A stretch of 64,000 nt of DNA, from positions 53,744 through 117,743 of IMG/VR virus record IMGVR_UViG_3300042337_000526. The stretch is one strand, 5' to 3'. The stretch is from a virus. The first letter of the stretch is position 1. Each line of letters starts with the position of its first letter. The position numbers were made by a program, and so were the translations under genes. Shown here one piece after another: positions 1-11,300 of this stretch. Below the pieces are notes generated by a model, which was given only the letters and a program-made list of their open reading frames with translations, searched no databases and was not told where the DNA came from.

Positions 1-498
1 GTGCTCAGCGGGACGGTCGATTTTCCCAAAGGAAGACCACAGCCTGTGCCTCCGTTAATACCTATAATTAGGGCTACAGCAGTTGATCCATTATATCCAT
101 TTGATCCCAATAGCCACATTCCTGCAACAGCCGCAAACTATGCTACGGATTATCCTCCTCCTGTAATGGGTCCGGTTCCTGCTAAGCCGATAATTCCAAT
201 AAATGTAAGATGCTATAAACCATCAACAGCACCCTTATCAGCAGAGGTGTTATGGTCAACTGATAACTTTAATGACGTAAAAAGTTATTTTGTAGAATAT
301 AAAAATATAACACTCCAATCTAATTGGACAAGATATTCAAGCAATATTCCAAAATCAACTAATGTTGGTATTTCAAGTTCAAGTGAGTCTTCAGTCAGAA
401 TACCAATAAACCACCTACATAAGTACATATTTAGAGTTGGAGCAACCAACGCTAAAGGACAGTCATTCGTCCAAGAGTCAAATATACTTGATCCATAA
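1..498 (+). CDS. 5'-truncated protein: Pro-rich linker plus C-terminal fibronectin type III domain (putative virion protein)
   Basis: Frame is open from base 1, so the true start lies upstream. The C-terminal ~95 aa fit FN3 (AEVLW...SYFVEYK...W...KYIFRVGATNAKGQS). Confidence 0.6.
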   Translation: MLSGTVDFPKGRPQPVPPLIPIIRATAVDPLYPFDPNSHIPATAANYATDYPPPVMGPVPAKPIIPINVRCYKPSTAPLSAEVLWSTDNFNDVKSYFVEYKNITLQSNWTRYSSNIPKSTNVGISSSSESSVRIPINHLHKYIFRVGATNAKGQSFVQESNILDP

Positions 499-525
499 AA
501 TATATTTTTAAATTAGGACGATCTG

Positions 526-3060
526 ATGGCCAAAATAAATGTTTTTGATAAATCAGAACCAGATAAAATTATTCCTAAAAAATCAAAGTTATTTTCTAAC
601 TGCTGTTCATGTGTCACGGATGAAAAAGAAGAACCAGTAATTTCGCCAACCCCAACTTCAAGTGTTGCTATTACTGCCACCTCAAAAGGAATACTAACTC
701 CAACGCCAACCGCAAAAAATATACCAACTCAAACTCCAACAACGAGTATTACTCCCAGCCCATCATCATCATTAATTCCTTCTAGTCCAACACCAACCTC
801 GAAATTGATAATAACGGCAACACCAACCTCAACATTTAAAATACCTTCTACACCAACAAAAACAGCAACGCCCACAAAGAGTATATCACCAACATCAACA
901 TCTCAAGCAACCCCAACCCCAACAAAAACAGCAACGCCAACAAAGAGTACAACCCCAACCAAAAGTATCACTCCTACCAAAACAGTAACACGAACGCCCA
1001 CAAAAAAACCAATAATTATTTCATCTCAACCTCTTTTTGACAAATCCTCTTGGTCATCTGTGCCAGAACCATATTTAAGCTATTTAAATGAAGCAGCAGA
1101 TCGATGGTCTAGGTATATAAAATATAATTCAACAACATACCAACTTATAAAAAATGATTATGCTAAAAGTAACAAGATATGGAATGGACTAGCCTTAGAT
1201 TTAACTAAATTTACTTTTTATAATGACGTATCAGTTACGACGATAGCATCATGTGGGCCGCTTGATGGATATGATTTAGACGATGGAAAAGGAATTAAAT
1301 TTAATTCATCAACATTTCAATTAAAAATAAATAGTTATTATAGTGGACCATGGGTAGTAGATGGTAAGACGTATATTTTTAATGATAAAGATTGGATAAA
1401 CATTATAACGCATGAGCTAGGACATGCTTTAGGTATTGGCATATTTTGGAGAAAAGAAGTAATATCTTATACAGATGGCGTACCACCAATAAATAATTTA
1501 TTAGATGGAAGTGTATACACTAACGCTAAAAATGCTTATAATTCTATAACATCATTAACTAGAACAAAAATACCACTAGAAAACAGTAGCGAAGACGGCG
1601 GCGTCGATGGACATTGGGAAAATTCTTACAGATTTCCATTAAATGGAGAACAAGTATATTATGGTTTATCAAATGAATTAATGGTAGGAGAAGTGTCTCC
1701 TGGAGCAACTAGAATAATTTCATCTTTAAGTATTAAAACTTTAGTTGATTTTGGTTATGAAGAAGTATTTCCAGGGTCTAGCGAGGGAAAACCAACAGTA
1801 ATATCTTCTGCTTTTAATCCATTCGGGTTGATGTCTATAGAAAATAATTTATCAACCATTAAAATGAATTGCTCTTGTGAGTATAAACCAATAATTAAAA
1901 AACTAGCAAAAGATGATAAACAAAAAATTAATGTTGTAATAAAAAATACAGATTGGAATATAAAAACTGAATGTGAACCAAGGTTATTTTCTAATTGTTG
2001 TGAATGTTCTGATCCTTTTATTCGTCCAAGTAGAACACCGCGGCCAACAATTACTCCCACAAAAACCCCGAAACCAACAACATCTCCAACCAGAACACCA
2101 ACTAAAACAGCAACGCCAACAAAAAGCATCACACCAACTAAGACAACAACGCCAACCAATAGCATTACGCCAACTAAAACAACGACACCAACTAAAACAG
2201 CAACACCAACAATCACAGTAACGCCAACAGCCACGGTAACACCAACGGTCACAGTAACGTCAACTAAAACAGCAACGCCAACAAAAAGCATCACACCAAC
2301 TAAGACAACAACGCCCACCAATAGTATTACGCCAACTAAAACAGCAACGCCAACTAAAACAGCAACGCCAACAAAAAGCATCACACCAACTAAGACAACA
2401 ACGCCAACCAATAGTATCACGCCAACTAAAACAGCAACGCCAACAACCACAGTAACTCCAACAGTCACAGCAACGCCAACAGTCACAGCAACGCCAACAG
2501 TCACAGCAACGCCAACAACCACAGCAACGCCAACAGTCACAGCAACGCCAACAACCACAGTAACTCCAACAGTCACAGCAACGCCAACAGTCACAGCAAC
2601 GCCAACAGTCACAGCAACGCCAACAGTCACAGCAACGCCAACAACCACAGCAACGCCAACACTCACACCAACGCCAACAGTCACAGCAACACCAACAGTT
2701 ACAATAACGGCCACAAATACGCTAACTCCATCAACAACACTAACAGCAACTCAAACAAAAACTCCTACTCCAACCCTAACTCCAACGTCAACAGATACTA
2801 CTCCCGTATTGCCAACTTTTGTTGCTTGTGATAATATAAATAATATAATAGATAATCCATGGGATCCTGCTAATTCCTGCGATGCAGCAATCGATAATGG
2901 CCTAGTGTTTAATATAACATTACCTGTCAATAATTATATTTATGGAATTGATGATACTATTGTTTTCTTAGCAACCTATAGTCAAATACAACCAGACACA
3001 TTAATTAATATGGTAGCAAGCTTATATACAAGATATTACACTCCAAAAATATGTGAATAA
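526..3060 (+). CDS. Thr/Pro-repeat protein with leishmanolysin-like (M8/metzincin) zinc metalloprotease domain
   Basis: HELGHALG zinc motif (His codon at 1411), third ligand in DGHWE (1612) and Met-turn NELM (1672-1683), flanked by two long TP-rich tracts. RBS aggac upstream. Confidence 0.85.
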   Translation: MAKINVFDKSEPDKIIPKKSKLFSNCCSCVTDEKEEPVISPTPTSSVAITATSKGILTPTPTAKNIPTQTPTTSITPSPSSSLIPSSPTPTSKLIITATPTSTFKIPSTPTKTATPTKSISPTSTSQATPTPTKTATPTKSTTPTKSITPTKTVTRTPTKKPIIISSQPLFDKSSWSSVPEPYLSYLNEAADRWSRYIKYNSTTYQLIKNDYAKSNKIWNGLALDLTKFTFYNDVSVTTIASCGPLDGYDLDDGKGIKFNSSTFQLKINSYYSGPWVVDGKTYIFNDKDWINIITHELGHALGIGIFWRKEVISYTDGVPPINNLLDGSVYTNAKNAYNSITSLTRTKIPLENSSEDGGVDGHWENSYRFPLNGEQVYYGLSNELMVGEVSPGATRIISSLSIKTLVDFGYEEVFPGSSEGKPTVISSAFNPFGLMSIENNLSTIKMNCSCEYKPIIKKLAKDDKQKINVVIKNTDWNIKTECEPRLFSNCCECSDPFIRPSRTPRPTITPTKTPKPTTSPTRTPTKTATPTKSITPTKTTTPTNSITPTKTTTPTKTATPTITVTPTATVTPTVTVTSTKTATPTKSITPTKTTTPTNSITPTKTATPTKTATPTKSITPTKTTTPTNSITPTKTATPTTTVTPTVTATPTVTATPTVTATPTTTATPTVTATPTTTVTPTVTATPTVTATPTVTATPTVTATPTTTATPTLTPTPTVTATPTVTITATNTLTPSTTLTATQTKTPTPTLTPTSTDTTPVLPTFVACDNINNIIDNPWDPANSCDAAIDNGLVFNITLPVNNYIYGIDDTIVFLATYSQIQPDTLINMVASLYTRYYTPKICE
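2101..2694 (+). repeat. Intragenic tandem array of 33 x 18-nt units encoding T-x-T-x-T-P hexapeptides
   Basis: Units such as acagtcacagcaacgcca (TVTATP) repeat directly from 2461. A 72-nt higher-order unit (TKTATP-TKSITP-TKTTTP-TNSITP) recurs at 2101, 2263 and 2353. The 18-nt phase is unbroken from 2101 to 2694. Confidence 0.95.
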
Positions 3061-3070
3061 AAGGAAATTT

Positions 3071-4954
3071 ATGACTCAAGATCTGTACTTATCAACTAAA
3101 ATAACAATTAAAATACCAAATGATCCAATATTTAGTGGCACATATACTTTTAGTAGAAATCAGTCTACTAACAAATGGGAATTAATGACCGGGGCAAGTC
3201 TTCCATTGTACGGCCCAGGGTGGCCAGATCCTAATGTTAACACCCTTTTATTTGACACTTCTCTGCCAAAGTATTCGCATGCTGGTAATCCCCTTAATAA
3301 TACATATCTTATTAAATTAAATTCAGTTTTTGACGCTGGCGCATCGCCTTATTATCCAGGATATCTTGAAACATTGGCAAAATATAACGACCTAAGTCCG
3401 GAAGCAGGATTCACTTATACAAGTGGATTTGCTTGGCCAGCACATTTTATTATGACAGCCATAAAACCACCGTGTTCCAGTTGCTCTGATTATCAAAGCG
3501 GATATGGAGATGGGGCCAACAGACCATCAGGATCGGGACACAGACTTGTTGTTGGTTTTTCTCTTCCTTTAAGATATAGAGAAATAACTCAAAATTGGAT
3601 AGTTGTAGACTACCCTGCTCAAACAGAACCAAACAGATATCATGCATTAAGCGGTATTAATAATAGTAATGTTAATACATTTAATTATATAACAGGAGTG
3701 CCCCCAATAATAAGTAACTCAAATGGGGATTTCTGTCAGATAAAAGACTTTAAAACAACAAATAATCCACTGTTTGATCCCAATCCCAATAGCTTATTTG
3801 ATCTGTCTGTATCTGCTCCTACTTCAGATTTACAACTGGTATGTACCGGAATTAAAGATATTGGATTTGCTTTTAGGTCCAGTGGAAGCGGATTAGGGTA
3901 TGCTAGTCCATCTAATATTGAAACTAATATAATAGACGGTTGGGGAGACTTTAGAAATAACTTTTATGTTGCGTCAGATTCATATGCTACAGATACATAT
4001 GATGGTAATGGTAGATATTTTAACGGAGCTTTTTATGATAAAGTTAGTGTAGACGCATCTGTAAAATTTTACAGTTCTTGCAGAGTAGGAGTTGCCTGTG
4101 AAGCAATCATACCTGATGCTCCCCATAGTGTTACTGGAGTTTTGTGTGTTACTAGCTCTCAAATTTTTGCAAACTCAGAATGTAACGGGAGTGAAATAGA
4201 TAATTCTTATATAAATAATTACAACTCTAACACTAATTTAAATACTGTTGATGTTTTTTTTATTGGACCATCTGGATTCTGTCCTTGCATAAAAAGACCA
4301 TCATCCTCGCCTCAGGACTATATCATATATGAGTCTGTAAACCAAGAGACTTTAAAGGTTAAGATACCATATGCCGGATCATTACAGTATAACAGTCTTC
4401 TGTCTTGGATAAAGGATGATTTTGCGATTATTAAGCCTTATGCCGGGATTGGATTATTAAAAAATCTTTCAAATATAAATAATTTATGTTATAATCAATA
4501 TCCTGTTATTGATGTTTCTTGGAATTTTCAGTCTAATGCTACTAGTGGAAGCATAATTATTAAACCAACAGACATAAGAATAAAATATCCAAGAATATCT
4601 GTAACGGGGGCAAATATTAGCGTATTAAATGGCGACTACTCTTGGGCTGATAATCATCAGTCATTTATTAAGTATGTTTACGATGCCGGTGGCTCTCAGA
4701 TTATTAATTCTTTAATTATTAAAAAAGTTAATGAATCATATTTAAGCAATACATACAACTATGTGCTAGGTTCTGGATCTTTTGCTAATTGTAATGATAA
4801 AATACCATACTCATTTAAATCTTTATATTTTTTACCTAATCTTTCACCCGGAGTTTCTCCGTTATTGAATACTCAACAATATCATTTATGGTCGAATAAT
4901 CCTCCAACAACCTACGGTCTTAGTCCAGTACCGTCATCTATTGCTAAATTATGA
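3071..4954 (+). CDS. Hypothetical protein, Gly/Ser/Asn/Tyr-rich with several Cys (putative virion/structural)
   Basis: Long ORF (track 3053, GTG). ATG at 3071 follows RBS aagga at 3061. No family recognised. Confidence 0.7.
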   Translation: MTQDLYLSTKITIKIPNDPIFSGTYTFSRNQSTNKWELMTGASLPLYGPGWPDPNVNTLLFDTSLPKYSHAGNPLNNTYLIKLNSVFDAGASPYYPGYLETLAKYNDLSPEAGFTYTSGFAWPAHFIMTAIKPPCSSCSDYQSGYGDGANRPSGSGHRLVVGFSLPLRYREITQNWIVVDYPAQTEPNRYHALSGINNSNVNTFNYITGVPPIISNSNGDFCQIKDFKTTNNPLFDPNPNSLFDLSVSAPTSDLQLVCTGIKDIGFAFRSSGSGLGYASPSNIETNIIDGWGDFRNNFYVASDSYATDTYDGNGRYFNGAFYDKVSVDASVKFYSSCRVGVACEAIIPDAPHSVTGVLCVTSSQIFANSECNGSEIDNSYINNYNSNTNLNTVDVFFIGPSGFCPCIKRPSSSPQDYIIYESVNQETLKVKIPYAGSLQYNSLLSWIKDDFAIIKPYAGIGLLKNLSNINNLCYNQYPVIDVSWNFQSNATSGSIIIKPTDIRIKYPRISVTGANISVLNGDYSWADNHQSFIKYVYDAGGSQIINSLIIKKVNESYLSNTYNYVLGSGSFANCNDKIPYSFKSLYFLPNLSPGVSPLLNTQQYHLWSNNPPTTYGLSPVPSSIAKL

Positions 4955-5313
4955 AAAAGATATTTAATTTTTACACTAGTAGATCATCAAAATGGACCAA
5001 TGTTAGAAAACAACACTTAACAGAAAATAACAGTTGTTGTGGATGTGGCAAGAAAGACAAATTGGAAGTTCATCATATTGAGCCCGTTCATGTTAATTCG
5101 AATAGAGAATTAGATCCGTCAAATCTGGTCACATTGTGCAAAAGTTGCCATTTCACAATTGGTCATTTAATGGATTGGAGCAGTTGGAATATTGATGTTG
5201 TGAGTGACTGTAGGGTGTATCTAAATAAAGTGAGTAACAGACCATATAAGTTAACCTCTCAAAACTTAAGTTTTATTCAAAAAATCAAAAATTATATTAA
5301 CATTAGGATATAA
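4951..5313 (+). CDS. Small HNH endonuclease
   Basis: CCGCG...LEVHHIEP...N-L-x-x-L-C-x-x-C-H (DPSNLVTLCKSCH) is a Zn-bound HNH signature. Confidence 0.85.
   Translation: MKKIFNFYTSRSSKWTNVRKQHLTENNSCCGCGKKDKLEVHHIEPVHVNSNRELDPSNLVTLCKSCHFTIGHLMDWSSWNIDVVSDCRVYLNKVSNRPYKLTSQNLSFIQKIKNYINIRI
5214..5230 (+). promoter_or_regulatory. Putative phage late-promoter motif GGTGTA-TCTAAATAAAG
   Basis: Matches the motif found at several intergenic sites. Lies inside the HNH gene about 100 nt upstream of the 2624-aa gene. Confidence 0.35.
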
Positions 5314-5315
5314 AT

Positions 5316-8300
5316 ATGGCCGAATCTGATATTAGTTTTACAGCCCTTGCTGATTTTCAGCCGCTAACATGGTATAATTTAGATAGTCAAAAGGTCTTTA
5401 AGCGCATTTATTATATTAGCGATGATGGAAATACTGCTGTTGGAATACCAAAAAATGATCAGTACAATAGACTATATACTTTTAAAAAATCTATAAATAA
5501 TGGAACGATAGTTTGGAATACTGATAAATATATAGCTTTACCAATACCCACAACAGGATCTATTGAAGTATATAATAATACTATTATATATAAAGATTAT
5601 GCTAATGTAAATATTACAATATATAAATTCGATATTGTGTCAGGACAGGCTAGTTTATTGAGTCAGTACACAACCCCAAGAGAAAGTATTGGATATAATT
5701 TATATAATATAGAAATTTTTAAAATATTAGTTTCAGATAATGGTTCTACAATATGTTATGCTGCTAAGAAACCAACTAATATGGGGGTATCTGTTGCTTA
5801 TGTATATTGCTCTAAAGACTATGGAAAAACTTTTACTAAAATAACAGAAGATGAATATATTGTTAATTTTAATTTTAGTCCAAAAATTTTATTATCTGCA
5901 GATGGCAGTATAGTATGTTTTAATAATAAATATATAAGTTCTCAAAATGGTTCAACAGTTATAAAAAATGAAATTTTTAAATTTAATACATCAACACAAA
6001 AATTTAACAATATACCAGTAACATTTCCAATAATATCAGTACAACCACCAGTAAGAATACAAAATCGTCGAATGTATGATATTTATAGTATATCTAAAAA
6101 TAATACCATATATGGGCGCATGGTTGCAACCTCAATTTCTGATGTAAATTTTAATATTAGTGACTCAGAATATAACATAGTTAGCAAAGATGGTGGATTG
6201 ACTTGGGATTTTAGTGGTGGCGAAGCAGCTTCAAGGCCGGGATATACTAGAGTGGGAACATTCGCCAATGATGCTGGTGATAGGTATTTGTTAGCCTATG
6301 AATTTTCTAATAAAACAATATCGAATTTACCACTTGTTGTGAATTCTGTAATATATGAAAATTATGGAAAAACAGTCTATGATCTGCCATTATTAACAAT
6401 AAATAATGCAGCAATAGGTATGAGTATTGATATTAAATTTATAAATAATACCATATATTTATATACAACAAATCAATCAGGATACGGATCACCAGAATAT
6501 TACTATTATGTTTTATATTTGTCTTCAACTTCTGCGCCCACTAATCCAAACAATCCTATAGCAATAACTCCAACCCCAACAAAAAAAGCAAATCAATCAT
6601 TTATTCCTTTAAAATTATATGATCTTGATCCAGAAAATAGATTTGAAAGAATTTTTCATATAAGCGAAGATCTTAATGAAATTATTGCTATTGAAAGAAA
6701 CGACAACCAATTATGTTCGTATATTAGAAATGAATATAATACCTGGAATTTAAAAAATAATTATAACCTTAGAATAGCACTTACAGACATACGCGATGTA
6801 TATATATCTAAGAATAAAAAAATAATAGGAATATTAGGAGAAACATCCTCTAATTATTGGAAAAATTCTGCTCAACCACGAATCCGCAATCTACTTATCT
6901 ACGATATTTCCACGGGGGTAGCAATATTTACAAATAATATTTCTGGAGATATTGATTTATTTTCAAGATTTGGAGCACCAAGCGAATATGATTCCCCTCC
7001 TTATTCTAATTTTTCCATGTCTGATGATGGAAAAGTAATGATTCTTGTTCGATCTCAACAAAAAAATGTTATTTATATTAGTGGGGCAGGCAAAACGAGT
7101 GAAAAGCAATTTGCTTACAGAACAAGTATTTCTACTGATTATGGTAAAAGTTTTGTCGCTGTACCATTTTTACAAAATATACTTAAGATTTCCTATGCAA
7201 ATATTGATTTTAAAATATCTAAAGATAATACTGAATTTTTATTTTTTATTTGGTATGATACGGAAACAGATAATGCTTTGTTGAGAACCAGTCCTTTAAC
7301 ATTATATAAAGGTAAAATAAATGGTTCAAATATAATAGATAATGGTTCAAATATAATAAATTACTCAAATTGGGAAAATAAATTTAAATCAGCATCTGAT
7401 GATTTAAAGACTATTTATATATCTAATACTAATCCTACAGAAACATCGACATCTTCAGCATCTACATACACAGAAAAAGGACTGTTATCAAAAGACGGTG
7501 GAGCAACGTTTGTAGAATCATATGCCCCCAACGGAACGAGAGAATATGGCAACGGAATTTCACTAAGGAACGATGTGACAATTTGCAATCCAGACGGAGA
7601 TAAGTATTTCTCTATTGTTAGAAACGATTTTCTTTGGGCTGGGTACAAAGATAATTTATCTTTAACATATTTTGAAAATTATGGACAAAAACTTATTACA
7701 GAAATATCATTAAATGAAGATAATGACCCAATTAAAAATCAGTATTTTGGAGTTTGGGGAACCTATATTGGTGCAAAATGGTTGAATAATAATACTGTTG
7801 TTGTAAACTATGCTTTTCAAGGACCAGGTAGATCTGGTTATCTATACAAAAGTCGTATTTTTTTAACGGGGTCAAGTACGTCACTACCAGTAACTCCAAC
7901 CCCCACAAAAAAGGCAACAAACTTAGGCATTACAAGGACACCAACCAGAACAAAAGCAGCAATAACCCCAACAAGAACTCCCACCAGAACAAAAGCAGCA
8001 ATAGTTCCAACAAGAACACCATCATCAACGATACCAGGAAAAACTGTTAGGAATATTGTAGCAACTGGCGGAAATGAATGTGTTCGCTTAACATGGGATA
8101 TGCCAGAAGATACCAGTAATCTTCTTGGATATAAATTATATTATTCTTATTCTACAACGAACTTTCAATTTGTGCCAGCATTTGATCCAACATATGGCGA
8201 CACTCTCACTCCTAATATAACGAGTGCCACAATAACAAATGTTCCAAATGATACCGGATATCAAGTTCAAATTAGAATTGAAACTGTATATTCTAATGGA

Positions 8301-11300
8301 AAAACATATCCAGCAGAAATTATGCAGTTTACAGACAAAACAAAATCTGTTCTAAATTCCTCTATATTAACTTTAACAAATCCATCAACTAGCTCTACAG
8401 CAAATTTAACATGGACTCCTCCGATAGTTCAAAGGATTGGTCGCTTTACATGGACAACTCAATTATCTCTATTAATTTATAATAATGACGTACTAGAATT
8501 TCAATCTGATTATTTATCTAATTTTTATTCATATACTATTACTAATAAAAATGGAAATTATTCTTTTGAAATATCAGCAAGATATGTAAATGATTTTACC
8601 AATTCTTCTTTGATATATGTTAAATCTAATAGAGTAACTAAAACTTTAAATGCTGTAATAGCAACCTCAACTCCTACTCCAACCAACACTGTAACTCCCA
8701 CAGTAACCCCAACAACAACTCCAATAATTTTACCTGAATTTGTTAATATTTTCTTACAAGAAAATAGCTTTAATAAATCTAATAACTATTTTAATATAGA
8801 TATATCAAACATATCATCTAATTATCCAGTATTAGTATCTGATAGTTATGATATAGAAATCAATGGGCCTTATCCATTTGATGATATTCTTCATGTTGCA
8901 GCAATACAGTCGAATGAGGCTAGCGAAGAAATTATTACCCAACCTTGGAGAAAAACAGAAACAAGAACAGCAAATGCGATATCGGATAAAATCTACATAA
9001 CTCCAGAAGTTTTGGGAATATATTATGTTAGAATCAAACGAATAGTATCTAATACATATTCTAATATTCAATCGTTCTTTAGATCTTTTGATATTATAGA
9101 AGTGCCTCCAACACCAACAGTCACTCCTACAGCAACAAATACGCCGACAGTAACAAATACGCCATCGGTAACTCCACAAATTAATCCAACTCCTACTAGA
9201 ACTCCAACAAAACAAATTCCTGGATTAACAGCTATACCAACTAGTACTCCTAGTCAAACACCCACTAGAACACCATTTGTACCAAGACCCATAAATGAAC
9301 TTGATTATACAACAGCTCAGATCGCGGTAAGAGATAGTAGCACTCCGGGAGCAGGATACTCACTAGACTGCAACATATCATTTAATCAACCAATAAGTTA
9401 CGGTGGACAAAATTGGGAACAAGTATTCTTAAATTTTAATGGTAATTATATAAAAGCTCTATATGATAATGAAAATTTACCCAAAACACATAGAACATAT
9501 ACAACAACAGAAGCATTCTTTAAAACAAACACCTCTAATGTATTAGGTCTTCATCAGTTAAAAAATACAACTCTGGTCATAGAACCTAAAGGAAACAATA
9601 AATATTTATGGATAGTAAAAACACAATACGATAAAAATAGTTTTAATTTATCAACGCCAATGTATGCTGCTGGTACAGTATTAACTTTTGAAATATTGTT
9701 AGATTATAGTCAAGGCAAAAAAACAAGTGCTACTTTTCTTAGCGCACGAGCAAATGCTCCTTACCCATATAGTGTTTGGGAATATTCTTATGATCCGTCA
9801 CAATTTTTAATAGATTTTGATATTAACGTAGATGCTACATCAATACCTGTAACGCCAACAGTGACGCCAACAGTTACTCCAACAATATCATTAACTCCCA
9901 CAAATACTCAAACAAATACTCCAACAAATACTAGCACACCATCAGCAACAGTTACTCCAACCCCAACTAATATTGATACTAGCGTAACTAGAACACCAAC
10001 CCCTACTAATACAATAACTTCGACAAATACAGCAACTCCTACAATTACAGCAACGCCAACAGTAACTCCGTCAACGTCGGCTGCTCCAAGTCTTGAAGTA
10101 TATTCTGCTGGAGATAATCTTTATGGACAATTATCTAATCCGTTCGTAAGTTTTTCTTCAGAGTTCTCTAAAACTTATGATTCATTATTTATGAGTAGTA
10201 AAGAAATTTCGTGCGGAAATTATCATACATGTTTTGTAGCCAACGATGGAAATGTTTATAGTGTTGGACGTAATGCTCAAGGACAACTAGGAAGAGCAAG
10301 TTCTTCCATAAATAGTTTACAACATGGAGTTGTTCTATTCCCTGGAGGTGATTCGTCTCCATTTACACAAGTTTCTTGTGGAGCATCTCACACATTTGCG
10401 TTAAACTCTAAGGGGGAATTATATTCTTGGGGAAATAATACTAACGGACAATTAAGCTTAGGAGATAATATTGATAGAGCAACGCCGGTTCTAGTCAGTG
10501 GCATGATTAATGGGGCCCCATCTAATCCTGGAGTTTGGAAATATGTGGCCTGTGGTTCGTTTCATACTTTGGCGATTAATGTTAATGGAGAATTATATGC
10601 TTGCGGATTAAATACTGATGGTCAACTAGGATTAGGAGACAATAGAGATAGGCTAAAATTAAGAAAAGTTACTGTTGATGGAAATTGGGTTAGTGCTGTT
10701 GGTGGAGGATATCATACGTTAGCAATAAACTCTGCTGGACAGCTATATTCTTGTGGAAATAACTCTAAGGGTCAGTTGGGAGCAGGAACAGTAGGAGTTA
10801 ATACTAATGTTCTAGGATTAAGTAATGGTAATATTACAAAAATATCCGCAGGACTATATCACTCTGTTTGCTTAAACAACTCATCTCCAACAGAGGTTTA
10901 TGGATGTGGAGAAAATTCATTTAATCAAATATCTAATGTTTCTAATAATTATCAACCATCTCCGTCGGTTGTTGGTTGGAGGTCTATAACATCTTATGGT
11001 ACAGAAATCTCTTGTGGATATAATCATACTTTAATACTAAAAAATAATAATCTTTTATATGGTTGCGGAGATAATAGTAAAGGTCAGTTAGGAATAAAAA
11101 ATAATACATCTAATAATAATATTCTCACTCAGATAGGAGATAATAGTATTGTTAGAAAATTAGCTAATAAACAAGGATCAACACATTCTCTAATATTTAT
11201 AGACGAAGGATCTACAATATACTTACCACCAACTCCAACTCGTAGCAATACTCCAACCCCTACTCCAACAAAAAGACCCCCAGGATCAACAGCAACACCA

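Noticed and set aside
2101-2694. Possible CRISPR array or DGR repeat
   Set aside because: Units are contiguous, in frame and lack unique spacers; no cas or reverse transcriptase genes; no adenine-specific template/variable pair.
1755-2714. 319-aa minus-strand ORF of VGV/VTVGV repeats
   Set aside because: Antisense shadow of the ACN/CCA repeat array, which lacks stops on the reverse strand; no RBS or independent evidence.
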